A DNA stretch of 64,000 nucleotides from a bacterium (lineage in GTDB: Bacteria > Patescibacteriota > CPR2 > UBA1875 > JAJYID01), in contig JAUSJO010000002.1 of the NCBI GenBank assembly GCA_030647205.1, forward strand, positions 305,771 through 369,770, given 5' to 3'. Shown here piece after piece: positions 8,633 to 17,444 of the stretch. The notes under the pieces were generated by a model, which saw only the letters and a program-made list of their open reading frames with translations, was not told the origin of the DNA and did no database searches. The position numbers were made by a program, and so were the translations under genes. The stretch's first letter is position 1. Each line of letters starts with the position of its first letter.

Positions 8633-9225
8633 AAAGAATAGTAGTCGGACCGATAGAGGTAAATTGCTACTTGTTTGTTTCTGGCATTGAACTCGCCGTT
8701 GTTGATCCGGGGGATGAAGCGGAAAAAATTATTGAAGAAATTGGAAAGCTGGGGAAAGTAGACTATAAATACGTCCTTCTGACGCATGGGCACTACGATC
8801 ATGTGATGGCGGTTAATGAGCTAAAAGACAAATATGGTTTCAAGGTAGTTATCGGCGAGAAGGATGCCGATATTTCCGGCATGAACGCTCAAATTGGTGT
8901 CCAGACTCCAAAAACGAAAGTGGATATTACCGTGAAAGATGGTCAAGTTTTGGATTTTGGCGGGCAAAGAATACAGGTTTTAGAAACGCCTGGGCATACG
9001 ATCGGAAGTGTTTCATATTTAATCGGCACAGATTTATTTTCAGGCGATACATTATTCAGGCATACTCATGGGAGGACAGATTTGCCAGGCGGAAGCGATG
9101 AAGATATGGGGGATAGTCTGGAAAAACTACTGAAACTAAATGAGAAAATAAATATTCATCCCGGTCATGGAGAAGAAACGACAGTCGAAGAAGAAAGAGA
9201 ATTCTTCAAAAATCACCAATTTTAA
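8623..9225 (+). CDS. MBL-fold metallo-hydrolase (glyoxalase II/YcbL-like)
   Basis: NCY, VDPG, THGHYDH, TPGHT, FSGDTLF, GRTDL, PGHG. Confidence 0.95.
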   Translation: MDIKRIVVGPIEVNCYLFVSGIELAVVDPGDEAEKIIEEIGKLGKVDYKYVLLTHGHYDHVMAVNELKDKYGFKVVIGEKDADISGMNAQIGVQTPKTKVDITVKDGQVLDFGGQRIQVLETPGHTIGSVSYLIGTDLFSGDTLFRHTHGRTDLPGGSDEDMGDSLEKLLKLNEKINIHPGHGEETTVEEEREFFKNHQF

Positions 9226-9246
9226 GGTATAATTGCTTGGTCTTTT

Positions 9247-9322
9247 CGGGGTGTGGCGCAGTTGGTAGCGCGCAGCGTTCGGGACGCTGAGGTCGGAAGT
9301 TCGAATCTTCTCACCCCGACCA
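9247..9322 (+). tRNA. tRNA-Pro (anticodon CGG)
   Basis: Cloverleaf CGGGGTG/CACCCCG acceptor stem, CAGCG-TTCGGGA-CGCTG anticodon arm, TTCGAAT T-loop, encoded CCA. Confidence 0.98.
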
Positions 9323-9451
9323 GATTTTCATGCTAGCTATTGAAATTATTCAAAAAAATGTTTATACTTAAGGAGAAATAAAGGCGAGGGGAAACCCTTA
9401 TTTTTTTATTTGTACCATAAATATCAAAAGCGAAAGTAAGGGAGCTCTAAG

Positions 9452-9886
9452 GTGAAAATTATTGAGATTAGCTCAAAAGTAGCCCGAGTAGAGCAGATGG
9501 TTTATTGTAAAGAGAGCGATGGTAGTAAGATTATCATTTGTGATCCTGAAGGGAATATTGTTCGTAATCCCGTCTCTCATAAGGAAATGATTTATTTCGG
9601 TCAAGAGGCAGGGCTGTTTGTTTTCGATTTACCGGTCAAAGACGGTTTTTACGTTAGCCTTTGGCTCGGAAGAATTTATAATGATCTCTTTGTTCTTAAA
9701 CACCCCCTTACAGAAGAGAACAAAGCGGGAGATACAACAGAGCCCATCTTTAACCACTGGTCGGATAGAGGTGGGGAAGAAAAGAAAGAGGAACTTGAGC
9801 CATTTCGGTCGGCTATTATGAGGCTAAGGGATCCTGAAAAAGAGTGTTATCACTGTGAGCTCGTTGCTTCGATCCCTCCATCTTAA
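9452..9886 (+). CDS. Hypothetical protein (orphan)
   Basis: 144-aa ORF, GTG start with AGGGAG SD, own promoter-like leader and terminator. Confidence 0.6.
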   Translation: MKIIEISSKVARVEQMVYCKESDGSKIIICDPEGNIVRNPVSHKEMIYFGQEAGLFVFDLPVKDGFYVSLWLGRIYNDLFVLKHPLTEENKAGDTTEPIFNHWSDRGGEEKKEELEPFRSAIMRLRDPEKECYHCELVASIPPS

Positions 9887-9923
9887 GCCTTCCTCTCTGA
9901 GGCTTATTCTTTCCGCAAAAAAT

Positions 9924-9959
9924 ATAACCCGGGTCCTGTACTCGGGTTATTTCCTTTTT
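9924..9959 (+). terminator. Intrinsic terminator
   Basis: ATAACCCGGGT-CCTGT-ACTCGGGTTAT followed by T-rich tract. Confidence 0.75.
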
Positions 9960-10000
9960 GTTTACTTGTTTAGGGTTGCCGATTGGCTTATCATTAAATA

Positions 10001-11644
10001 ATGAAGATACTAAAGTTTATCTACCAAAATCTGGACCAGTTCAAACTCAGGTTTAAGCTCGTTTTTTTGACGGTTCTTATAGATAGTTTTTTTGTTTTTA
10101 TGATTCCTGTGCTACTCTCAGAATTTACAAAAAAAGATTTTACTCCTTCTAGATCCGGCTACTTGATTACCTTTTTAATTTCTTTCTATTGTATCTCTTT
10201 GGTGCTGCAATGGGTTATGAGAAGGTATGGTGAGTCAGTGGGGGCCAAGTTTTCTCATCATATTAGACTCAAGTATTTTAAGGCGCTCGACAAACTGCCT
10301 TACAAAAAGCTTATCAGACACCACTCCGGCTATACGCTATCCTTGATGGGTAAGTTTTCCGATGGTTTAACCGAGATAATACTGAACCTTTTTTGGACAT
10401 TTGGAAGAATATTCATGACTCTTACATTATTCTTTATCTTTACTGCCCGGGAGTCATTATTTATAGCCATCATGAACGTTTTGATTTTGGCAGTTTTTTT
10501 CATTATGAGCCTTCTTTTATCCAAGAAAATGATTCCTATATCGAGCGAGTTAAATCTTAAAAGAGCCTCTCTGCTTGAATCATATACCGACTTCATGTCG
10601 AATATTTTAACAGTCAAAAAACTAGGGGTTCACCAGTTTGCAGAGAGCAGACTAGAAAAAAAGACAGGGGAGACATACAGATATATACAGAAAATTCAAA
10701 ACTTTCATTCAAACAGGTGGTTTTTCCTCCATGCCCTATACGGCTTTGCCTTTATTGGCACCTTAAGTTTTCTAGTAGTTAAAGTTTCGCAAGGCCTTAT
10801 CTCTGTAAGCGTGCTCATACTTTTCATAGCGGCTTATTTAGTCATGAAGTCAATGATCGACAGAGTATCAGAGGTCTTAAAGATAATGATGGAAATGAGC
10901 GCCTATCTTGATAATCTAAACAAAGTTGTTGTCTTAAAAGAACGGGGAAAAGGGGCGGGTAAGGACTCAACACCCTGGAGTGAGGTTATTTTCAAAAACA
11001 TTGTTTTTAAATACTCAGGAAATTCGCGGAAGATTGAAGTTCCGCAATTCAATGTAGAAAAAGGTGAAAAGATTTGCATTTTGGGGAAGTCGGGGGGAGG
11101 AAAGACTACCTTTCTGAATTTATTTAGCGACTTTATCCAGCCGGACCAGGGTGAAAGGCTGGTAGATAATGTATCATATAAAAAGGTGAAAGAAGGTTTC
11201 TTTGAAGAAAAAATTTCAATAATATCTCAGGAAGTAGAGCTCTTTAACATTTCTTTAAGGGATAACATTACTCTTGACCGGAATATGAGTGATAAAGAGA
11301 TTGAAGTTCTTCTCGATAAGGTTGACTTGCTCAGCTGGATAAGAGGTCTTAAAGAGGGGTTAGATACTGTTGTAGGCGAAAAGGGGGTGAAGCTTTCAAC
11401 GGGACAAAAGCAACGGATAAATCTTTTAAGAGGTATTATCCTAGACAGAGAGATTCTTCTTCTTGATGAGCCGACCTCTAATCTTGATGTATTAACCCAA
11501 AAGAAAGTGATAGATTTTCTGGGGGAGTATTTGAAAGGCAAAACGGCTATTATTGTCTCACATCATGATGAGTTGAAAGGTGTCTGTGACAGATGCTACG
11601 AAATGAAAAATCACATCTTAACCGAAACAAATAATTTCAAATAA
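10001..11644 (+). CDS. ABC exporter, fused TM + ATP-binding subunit
   Basis: About six TM helices; GKSGGGKT Walker A, LSTGQKQR signature, LLLDEPT Walker B, SH switch. Confidence 0.93.
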   Translation: MKILKFIYQNLDQFKLRFKLVFLTVLIDSFFVFMIPVLLSEFTKKDFTPSRSGYLITFLISFYCISLVLQWVMRRYGESVGAKFSHHIRLKYFKALDKLPYKKLIRHHSGYTLSLMGKFSDGLTEIILNLFWTFGRIFMTLTLFFIFTARESLFIAIMNVLILAVFFIMSLLLSKKMIPISSELNLKRASLLESYTDFMSNILTVKKLGVHQFAESRLEKKTGETYRYIQKIQNFHSNRWFFLHALYGFAFIGTLSFLVVKVSQGLISVSVLILFIAAYLVMKSMIDRVSEVLKIMMEMSAYLDNLNKVVVLKERGKGAGKDSTPWSEVIFKNIVFKYSGNSRKIEVPQFNVEKGEKICILGKSGGGKTTFLNLFSDFIQPDQGERLVDNVSYKKVKEGFFEEKISIISQEVELFNISLRDNITLDRNMSDKEIEVLLDKVDLLSWIRGLKEGLDTVVGEKGVKLSTGQKQRINLLRGIILDREILLLDEPTSNLDVLTQKKVIDFLGEYLKGKTAIIVSHHDELKGVCDRCYEMKNHILTETNNFK

Positions 11645-11670
11645 ATTTTAAAGAACAATTTATTCTCTTC

Positions 11671-12444
11671 TTAGTAGTACTTTTTGTTATAGCATACGAG
11701 TTCAAGTTTTCCGGCTTTTCCTTTGTTGGGGTTGCCCTTGTAGGTGGTTACTCCGAGGTTGATTGGTTTTTCTTCTTTGTCAATTCGGATAAACTCTTCA
11801 GCATTTAGTCTCTCCAGATTAGCTCTAGCAGCCAGGATATTAAGATGGTGGGTCACAACAAGGATATTTTCACCGGCATGCTCCCTGATGATAGTTGTAA
11901 GCCATGAGCGGTTTCTTGTCCGAACATCAGGAACGTTTTCTCCCTGCGGAAACCGGTACCAGTACTGACCTTCACGTTTCTGAAGTTCTATTTGTTCAGG
12001 ATGGAGCACATGGAATACTCTCCAGTCATTGTATAGAAGGGTCAGGCCATGGTCTTGCTCCCGGATTCTCTCGTCCTCGTACCTTTTCACTTTCTCGAGT
12101 TCCGGCCAGCCTTTTGTTATCCTTTCTAGTGTATGGAGGGTTCTCTCAAACGGTGAAACGTAGATAATGTCGGGGAGTTTATGTTTCTCTCTAAGCGCTT
12201 TTCCTACCTTTTCTCCGCGTTTCTCTATATCGTCCTCAATGAGGGGTGTATTATGGTCACCATTGTTGAGAGAGAAAAGCTTCTGGACTTTGAGCGCCAA
12301 CTCTTTTGTTTTGTCATCAAATGGATCCTTCTCGAATGCTTTTAGAAACTCCTGATAGGTTGGATCACCGGCTTTCTTTTCTTTCAAAATATTGTATTTG
12401 GATACATCATGACGTATCAAGAGTAAGGTATTTGGCCACTTCAT
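11671..12444 (-). CDS. Histidine phosphatase (phosphoglycerate mutase) family protein
   Basis: LLLIRH, YVSPFERT, DERIREQDHG, PQGEN, VVTHH. Confidence 0.9.
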   Translation of the reverse strand: MKWPNTLLLIRHDVSKYNILKEKKAGDPTYQEFLKAFEKDPFDDKTKELALKVQKLFSLNNGDHNTPLIEDDIEKRGEKVGKALREKHKLPDIIYVSPFERTLHTLERITKGWPELEKVKRYEDERIREQDHGLTLLYNDWRVFHVLHPEQIELQKREGQYWYRFPQGENVPDVRTRNRSWLTTIIREHAGENILVVTHHLNILAARANLERLNAEEFIRIDKEEKPINLGVTTYKGNPNKGKAGKLELVCYNKKYY

Positions 12445-12597
12445 TTTTCATCTCCTTCTTTGTCTATTTTGACTTAAGAATAACATAATTTTGGATGTTT
12501 TAAAAGAGAACAGGGTTGAAAAACCAAGTATAAAATGGTAAAATAACTAACCGTTAATTTTCAACTCTCGTTGATGCTCTTTGAAAAAGGAGACCAA

Positions 12598-12771
12598 ATG
12601 ACTGAAGCAAAAGTAGTTTGCAGATTTTGCAAAGGGGAGGGTCAAAAGGAAGTCACCGATAGATACAAAAACCCCTGGTTCAATGTTTGCAAGAAATGTG
12701 TTGATGCCAAAACTAAAATAGCAGGAGAAGGATTTATCGCAAGAGTATTCGGGCTTTTCATCAATCATTGA
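12598..12771 (+). CDS. Small hypothetical Zn-finger-like protein
   Basis: AAGGAG SD; CRFC...CKKC. Confidence 0.55.
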   Translation: MTEAKVVCRFCKGEGQKEVTDRYKNPWFNVCKKCVDAKTKIAGEGFIARVFGLFINH

Positions 12772-12783
12772 AAGCGAGGAGTA

Positions 12784-13476
12784 ATGAAGCATATCATCGT
12801 GTCACCGTTTTGGAAGCATATCAAAGAGCCAGATTCACTCTACGAGTGCCAAGCAGACTTCTATGATGATATAACAGTGCCGATTCAGGGAAATATCCCG
12901 ACAGAAATGGGATATAAGACAATCAACAGAATTGGTGAAGTTTTGTATGATGGGGCTCTTTATGCATCTGCTCAACGTGCGAAAAAGCACTACGATGGCT
13001 GGCTTAGAAAGTCACGTATCGTAGAAGTTCCTGTTCTTAAGGAAGGTAAGTTTTCGGTTGTAAAGAAAGAAGATGGACTGATAATTACCGACCAAGAAGA
13101 TCACAGTGACAGATGTCTTTTGTTCGCAAACTGCCTGACGGCTTTTGTTAATTTCGGTCAGGGTTTCTTGGGGAGTGACTATTATCCAACAATAATAAGG
13201 AGAGAAAGCACCGGCGAGATACTCCGGGAGGATAGTATACTGGCTAAGGGTTCTCTTTGCTCAGCAGAGATTATTACCTTACTTGAGCCGGGGCAAACCC
13301 TTGCCTTGTTCACGAACTATCAAGGCGAGGATATCATCTTCGAGGATGAGAGGTTCATCACCATCTATACTTGGGATGGGAGAGAAATCAAGACAGAACG
13401 CCATGACTATTACTCAGAAGAGTGGCGCAGAAGACAGAGGTCGAAGGAAATACTCGAAAGTCCAGTGATAAGCTAA
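12784..13476 (+). CDS. Hypothetical protein (orphan)
   Basis: 230-aa ORF, GAGGAG SD, followed by a terminator. Confidence 0.7.
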   Translation: MKHIIVSPFWKHIKEPDSLYECQADFYDDITVPIQGNIPTEMGYKTINRIGEVLYDGALYASAQRAKKHYDGWLRKSRIVEVPVLKEGKFSVVKKEDGLIITDQEDHSDRCLLFANCLTAFVNFGQGFLGSDYYPTIIRRESTGEILREDSILAKGSLCSAEIITLLEPGQTLALFTNYQGEDIIFEDERFITIYTWDGREIKTERHDYYSEEWRRRQRSKEILESPVIS

Positions 13477-13496
13477 GGCATTTTCTGGACTATAGG

Positions 13497-13533
13497 GGCC
13501 TCGCGCTAAAAAGCGCGAGGCCTTTTTCTTTTT
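13497..13533 (+). terminator. Intrinsic terminator
   Basis: GGCCTCGCGCT-AAAA-AGCGCGAGGCC then TTTTTCTTTTT. Confidence 0.92.
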
Positions 13534-13657
13534 CCATCCTTATTGCCCGCTTGTGTCTATATGCTAATTGGTTTATACTTAAGCAGTAAGTAAAGAAGGG
13601 GGGTCCCCTTCTTCTTTTATACCTACTCATCGCAACTTGAAAATGAGGTGGATTGAA

Positions 13658-14236
13658 GTGAAATTTTTATTGCTTGCACTACCTATCTTATTCATCGTTA
13701 TTAACTTCTATTGTTGGTTTACCTTAGGTAAACAAAAGGAAAGTCGTCAAACTAGCAGTACGGAAGTACTAAATGCCATGGAGTGTACTGTTTGGGCTGA
13801 TACTACCCATATGACTATAGCTATCAGAGAGCTGGATGCTGATTTTCTCGAAAGAGTATTTCCGTTAGTTAGGGAAAAACTTTTTGGAGGCGGGGAGTTA
13901 CGAACTTTGGACTTTATCATTGGTCCTTGTAGCTCTGCAGAAAAAGAGAGGCAAGATCTCTCGAAAATTGATGAATTGTGTAAACTATTTCCTCAAAAGG
14001 TTTCCGTTTATATCAAGAGGCCCGGTTATGTTTTTAGTAAGGCGGATAAAATCGGCGAACAATTCATCATGACCGATACGAGACTACTTGTTAAGAGCCA
14101 GCTAGTTACTAGGAGCATCCTTGTCGAGAGTCCTAATAAATGGACGAGAAGGAGGTATGAATCTCAAATCAATGAAGTCAAGGCATCTGATAAGGTCATA
14201 AAAAAATATCAGGCCCTTATGCCAAGAGTTGCATAA
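13658..14236 (+). CDS. Hypothetical membrane-anchored protein (orphan); start uncertain (13637-13658)
   Basis: N-terminal TM helix; GAGGTGG SD before GTG 13658; terminator downstream. Confidence 0.6.
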   Translation: MKFLLLALPILFIVINFYCWFTLGKQKESRQTSSTEVLNAMECTVWADTTHMTIAIRELDADFLERVFPLVREKLFGGGELRTLDFIIGPCSSAEKERQDLSKIDELCKLFPQKVSVYIKRPGYVFSKADKIGEQFIMTDTRLLVKSQLVTRSILVESPNKWTRRRYESQINEVKASDKVIKKYQALMPRVA

Positions 14237-14253
14237 GCGTATCAGGTACACAT

Positions 14254-14287
14254 GACGGGCAGTCTATGACTGCCCGTCCTTTCTTTT
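14254..14287 (+). terminator. Intrinsic terminator
   Basis: GACGGGCAGTC-TAT-GACTGCCCGTC then CTTTCTTTT. Confidence 0.9.
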
Positions 14288-14328
14288 GTATACTTGTTTA
14301 GAGCAGCCAATTAGCTTATTATTGAGGC

Positions 14329-15315
14329 ATGGATACGAATGTTGTTTTAATTTTAGCAGGGCTGATAGTTGCCGGTTTTGTGGCGATAGCTGTTTTTATT
14401 AACAAAAAAATGGAATCTTTAGGCCAGAAAGATGACGGGCTCGATAGACTGCACGAGAGAATGGATAAGCAGTTTGAATCCAGTACGAAGATTATTCAGG
14501 ATGTGACCGAGAAACTTTCTAAATTAGAGAATACAAACACCCAGATAGTTGGGATCACCGAACAGCTTCAGGGGCTTGAGGATGTTTTGAAAAATCCTAA
14601 ACAAAGAGGTATTTTGGGCGAATATTATCTAGAAACTTTACTCAAAAACCTATTCCAGCCGAACCAGTATCAAATGCAGTATTCTTTCAAAGATGGCGAT
14701 ATTGTTGATGCGGTGATATTTATCAAAGACAAAGTTATCCCGATCGATTCCAAGTTTTCACTTGAAAATTACAACAAAATTTTGAAGGAAAAGGACGAAA
14801 CGAGAAAAATCCAGCTAGAAAAACTTTTCAAACAGGATTTAAAGAACAGGATCGATGAGACTTCTAAATATATCAAACCGAAAGAGGGAACGATGGATTT
14901 TGCTTTTATGTTTATCCCTTCGGAAGGTATTTACTATGATTTGCTAGTTAATCAAGTTGGAGCTTTGAAGGTTAATACCCGTGATCTAATCGAGTACGCA
15001 TTCAAAGAAAAGAAAGTGATTATAGTTTCTCCGACATCTTTTGCTGCATATTTACAGACAGTTTTACAAGGGTTGCGTGCGCTTACAATCGAGGAGTCAA
15101 TCAAGGATATCGTTGCTAATATTCATAAGTTGGGAAGCCATTTGAACTCTTACGAAGAATATATGCAAAAAGTGGGATCAAATCTTGGCACGACGGTCGG
15201 GATGTATAACAAAGCCTATAAAGAATTCGGTAAAATCGATAAGGATGTGACAAAGATTACCGGAAGCTCCATAGACTCTGATATCCTTCAAATAGACAAG
15301 CCGCAAGAGGACTGA
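14329..15315 (+). CDS. rmuC: DNA recombination protein RmuC
   Basis: N-terminal TM + coiled coil; KNPKQRGILGE, VDAVI, PIDSKF, FAFMFIPSEGIY, VSPT. Confidence 0.95.
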   Translation: MDTNVVLILAGLIVAGFVAIAVFINKKMESLGQKDDGLDRLHERMDKQFESSTKIIQDVTEKLSKLENTNTQIVGITEQLQGLEDVLKNPKQRGILGEYYLETLLKNLFQPNQYQMQYSFKDGDIVDAVIFIKDKVIPIDSKFSLENYNKILKEKDETRKIQLEKLFKQDLKNRIDETSKYIKPKEGTMDFAFMFIPSEGIYYDLLVNQVGALKVNTRDLIEYAFKEKKVIIVSPTSFAAYLQTVLQGLRALTIEESIKDIVANIHKLGSHLNSYEEYMQKVGSNLGTTVGMYNKAYKEFGKIDKDVTKITGSSIDSDILQIDKPQED

Positions 15316-15318
15316 TTT

Positions 15319-15346
15319 TTGACAAATGCTTACGCCGTGGTATAAT
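15319..15346 (+). promoter_or_regulatory. Near-consensus sigma70 promoter with no protein-coding gene downstream on this strand
   Basis: TTGACA-16nt-TATAAT with extended -10 TG. Confidence 0.7.
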
Positions 15347-15351
15347 TTAGA

Positions 15352-15439
15352 TGACTTAAGCACTTTTTATTTAACAGATTCGTATTGAATCATAAGCAAC
15401 CCCCTTGCTTGTGATTCGTTATGTGTCTGTTATTTTTTT
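15352..15439 (+). ncRNA. Candidate small hairpin RNA with C5 loop
   Basis: TAACAGA..GAATCATAAGCAA-CCCCC-TTGCTTGTGATTC..TCTGTTA followed by T7, directly downstream of the promoter. Confidence 0.45.
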
Positions 15440-15978
15440 GATGAGAGATATTTCTCGGTCTTTAGGATTAGAGTACATGTAGCAGCATGTTTGATTTTGC
15501 CCGACATGACCATTTGGACAGCTTCTTCGAGAGGAATTTTAATAATTTCTATTATCTCACTGTCTTCAAGCCTTTGTTCGGTTTCAATGAGATTTTTTGC
15601 CAAAAACATATAGTTTGGTGAGTGTATTGCCGCGGTGAACGGATGCACCAGACCGAGATCAATCCACTCATCTGCCAGAAGTCCGGCTTCTTCCTCTAAC
15701 TCTCTTTTTGCAGCCTCAAGAGGAGTCTCATTTTTATCAATTCCGCCGCTTACGGCTTCCACAGAAATTTCGTTAATGGCGTATCTGAACTCTTTTGTTA
15801 AGTAGATTTCACCGGAGTCATTGATCGCTAGCGCCGATGAACCCGGTTTCAAGGTAACCTTCGTAAATTCTTTTTCTGGCCCATTTTCGTAAACAACTGT
15901 ATCGCTTGAAACGCTAAGCAAACCGTTCTCATAAACAGTTTTTGTTCCCTTCACTTTAAACGGGGGATTTGTGTCCAT
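15430..15978 (-). CDS. NUDIX hydrolase (ADP-ribose pyrophosphatase-like)
   Basis: Nudix box GGIDKNETPLEAAKRELEEEAG; start taken at MDTNPP. Confidence 0.9.
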   Translation of the reverse strand: MDTNPPFKVKGTKTVYENGLLSVSSDTVVYENGPEKEFTKVTLKPGSSALAINDSGEIYLTKEFRYAINEISVEAVSGGIDKNETPLEAAKRELEEEAGLLADEWIDLGLVHPFTAAIHSPNYMFLAKNLIETEQRLEDSEIIEIIKIPLEEAVQMVMSGKIKHAATCTLILKTEKYLSSKK

Positions 15979-16080
15979 ATTGTTTATGTTAGCACGAGGT
16001 CCGATATATCTCAATTTCTTATTGTCGCAACCCCTCAAATTGCTTATAATTGTACCAGGATAATTTAAGAAAAGGATTTT

Positions 16081-16449
16081 ATGGCCTGGAAAAAGTATAT
16101 AAACGGGATGACTTTCGGAGTGCTTGTCCTATCTCTCGTCTTGGTGGGACTGGTTAACTTTACTTCTCCCGAAGCAGGAGCTATAAGCTATGGCTCGTTT
16201 TTTATCAGCTTTTTTCTGCTCCTGATATGCCTGGCTACAATATTCGGGTTTTATGCGCGCAGGAGAATATCAAATAACGAGGTTTTGTATAAAAATCTCA
16301 AGAACGCTTTCCGCCAAGGAACTCTTGTAGCACTATATTTCACCGTTCTTTTAATTCTTCGAGCAGCTGCGCTTCTAAACTGGTGGGACGCAGCACTTCT
16401 TGCGGTGAGTGTCATATCATTTGATATGTTTTTCAAGGGAAAAATGTAA
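16081..16449 (+). CDS. Four-TM hypothetical membrane protein
   Basis: Four hydrophobic segments, AFRQG motif; translationally coupled to pheS. Confidence 0.75.
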   Translation: MAWKKYINGMTFGVLVLSLVLVGLVNFTSPEAGAISYGSFFISFFLLLICLATIFGFYARRRISNNEVLYKNLKNAFRQGTLVALYFTVLLILRAAALLNWWDAALLAVSVISFDMFFKGKM

Positions 16450-17444
16450 TGGATATACAAAGCATTAAAAAACAATTTGAAGAAGATCTTTCAAAAGCCG
16501 TGTCGAAGGACGACTTGGTTGGTTTGAAAGTGAAATATTTGGGTAAAAAAAGCGAAATTTATAGTGCTCTCAGGTCTCTTGGGGATTTAAACCCTGACGA
16601 AAGGAGGGCTCAAGGTGCCGAGCTAAATAGATTGAGAACTGAGATTGAGAGCGCAATCAAAGATAGGGGAGGAGAACTTTCCAGCGGTGAAAAGGGAGTG
16701 AAAGTCGACTTTACTGAGCCCGGCAAAAAGTTCGAACTTGGGCATAAGCATCCAATTACTCAAATTTATGAGGAACTTTTTGAAATCGGTAAATCGCTCG
16801 GTTTTTCTATTGCCGAGGGACCCGAAATAGAAGCCGACTGGTACAGCTTTGAAGCGCTGAATATTCCGAAAGATCATCCCGCCAGAGACTTTGCCGATAC
16901 ATTTTATATAAGTGAAGAGGTTAACTTAAGGCCTCATACTTCAAATACCCAGATCCGATATATGGAGAGGCACAAACCGCCAATTAGGATTATTGCGTAT
17001 GGACGGACTTATCGGAAAGACAGCGACGTCACTCACACTCCTATGTTTCATCAGCTTGAGGGGCTGCTTGTAGATGATCGGGTAACATTTTCTGATCTGA
17101 AAGGTGTTTTGACCACATTTGCACAAGGAATTTTCGGTAAAGATAGGAAAGTAAGATTTAGACCGCATCACTTTCCATTTACTGAGCCATCCGTTGAGAT
17201 AGACGTATCCTGCGGCCTATGTGGAGGTAAAGGGTGCCGGTCATGTAAATATTCTGGTTGGCTTGAAATACTTGGTGCCGGTATGGTCCATCCAAATGTT
17301 TTGAAAAATTCTGGTATTGATTCTAAAAAGTATCAAGGATTTGCATTTGGCATAGGTATCGAACGCATAGCGATGTTGAAATATGAGACTGATGATTTGA
17401 GATTATTCTTTGATAATGACTTAAGATTTCTGGAGCAGTTCTAA
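16449..17444 (+). CDS. pheS: Phenylalanine--tRNA ligase alpha subunit
   Basis: [55 protein letters not shown]. Confidence 0.99.
   Translation: MDIQSIKKQFEEDLSKAVSKDDLVGLKVKYLGKKSEIYSALRSLGDLNPDERRAQGAELNRLRTEIESAIKDRGGELSSGEKGVKVDFTEPGKKFELGHKHPITQIYEELFEIGKSLGFSIAEGPEIEADWYSFEALNIPKDHPARDFADTFYISEEVNLRPHTSNTQIRYMERHKPPIRIIAYGRTYRKDSDVTHTPMFHQLEGLLVDDRVTFSDLKGVLTTFAQGIFGKDRKVRFRPHHFPFTEPSVEIDVSCGLCGGKGCRSCKYSGWLEILGAGMVHPNVLKNSGIDSKKYQGFAFGIGIERIAMLKYETDDLRLFFDNDLRFLEQF

Noticed and set aside
15980-16448. T-box leader upstream of pheST
   Set aside because: No T-box (GGTGGNACCGCG) consensus or specifier stem was seen
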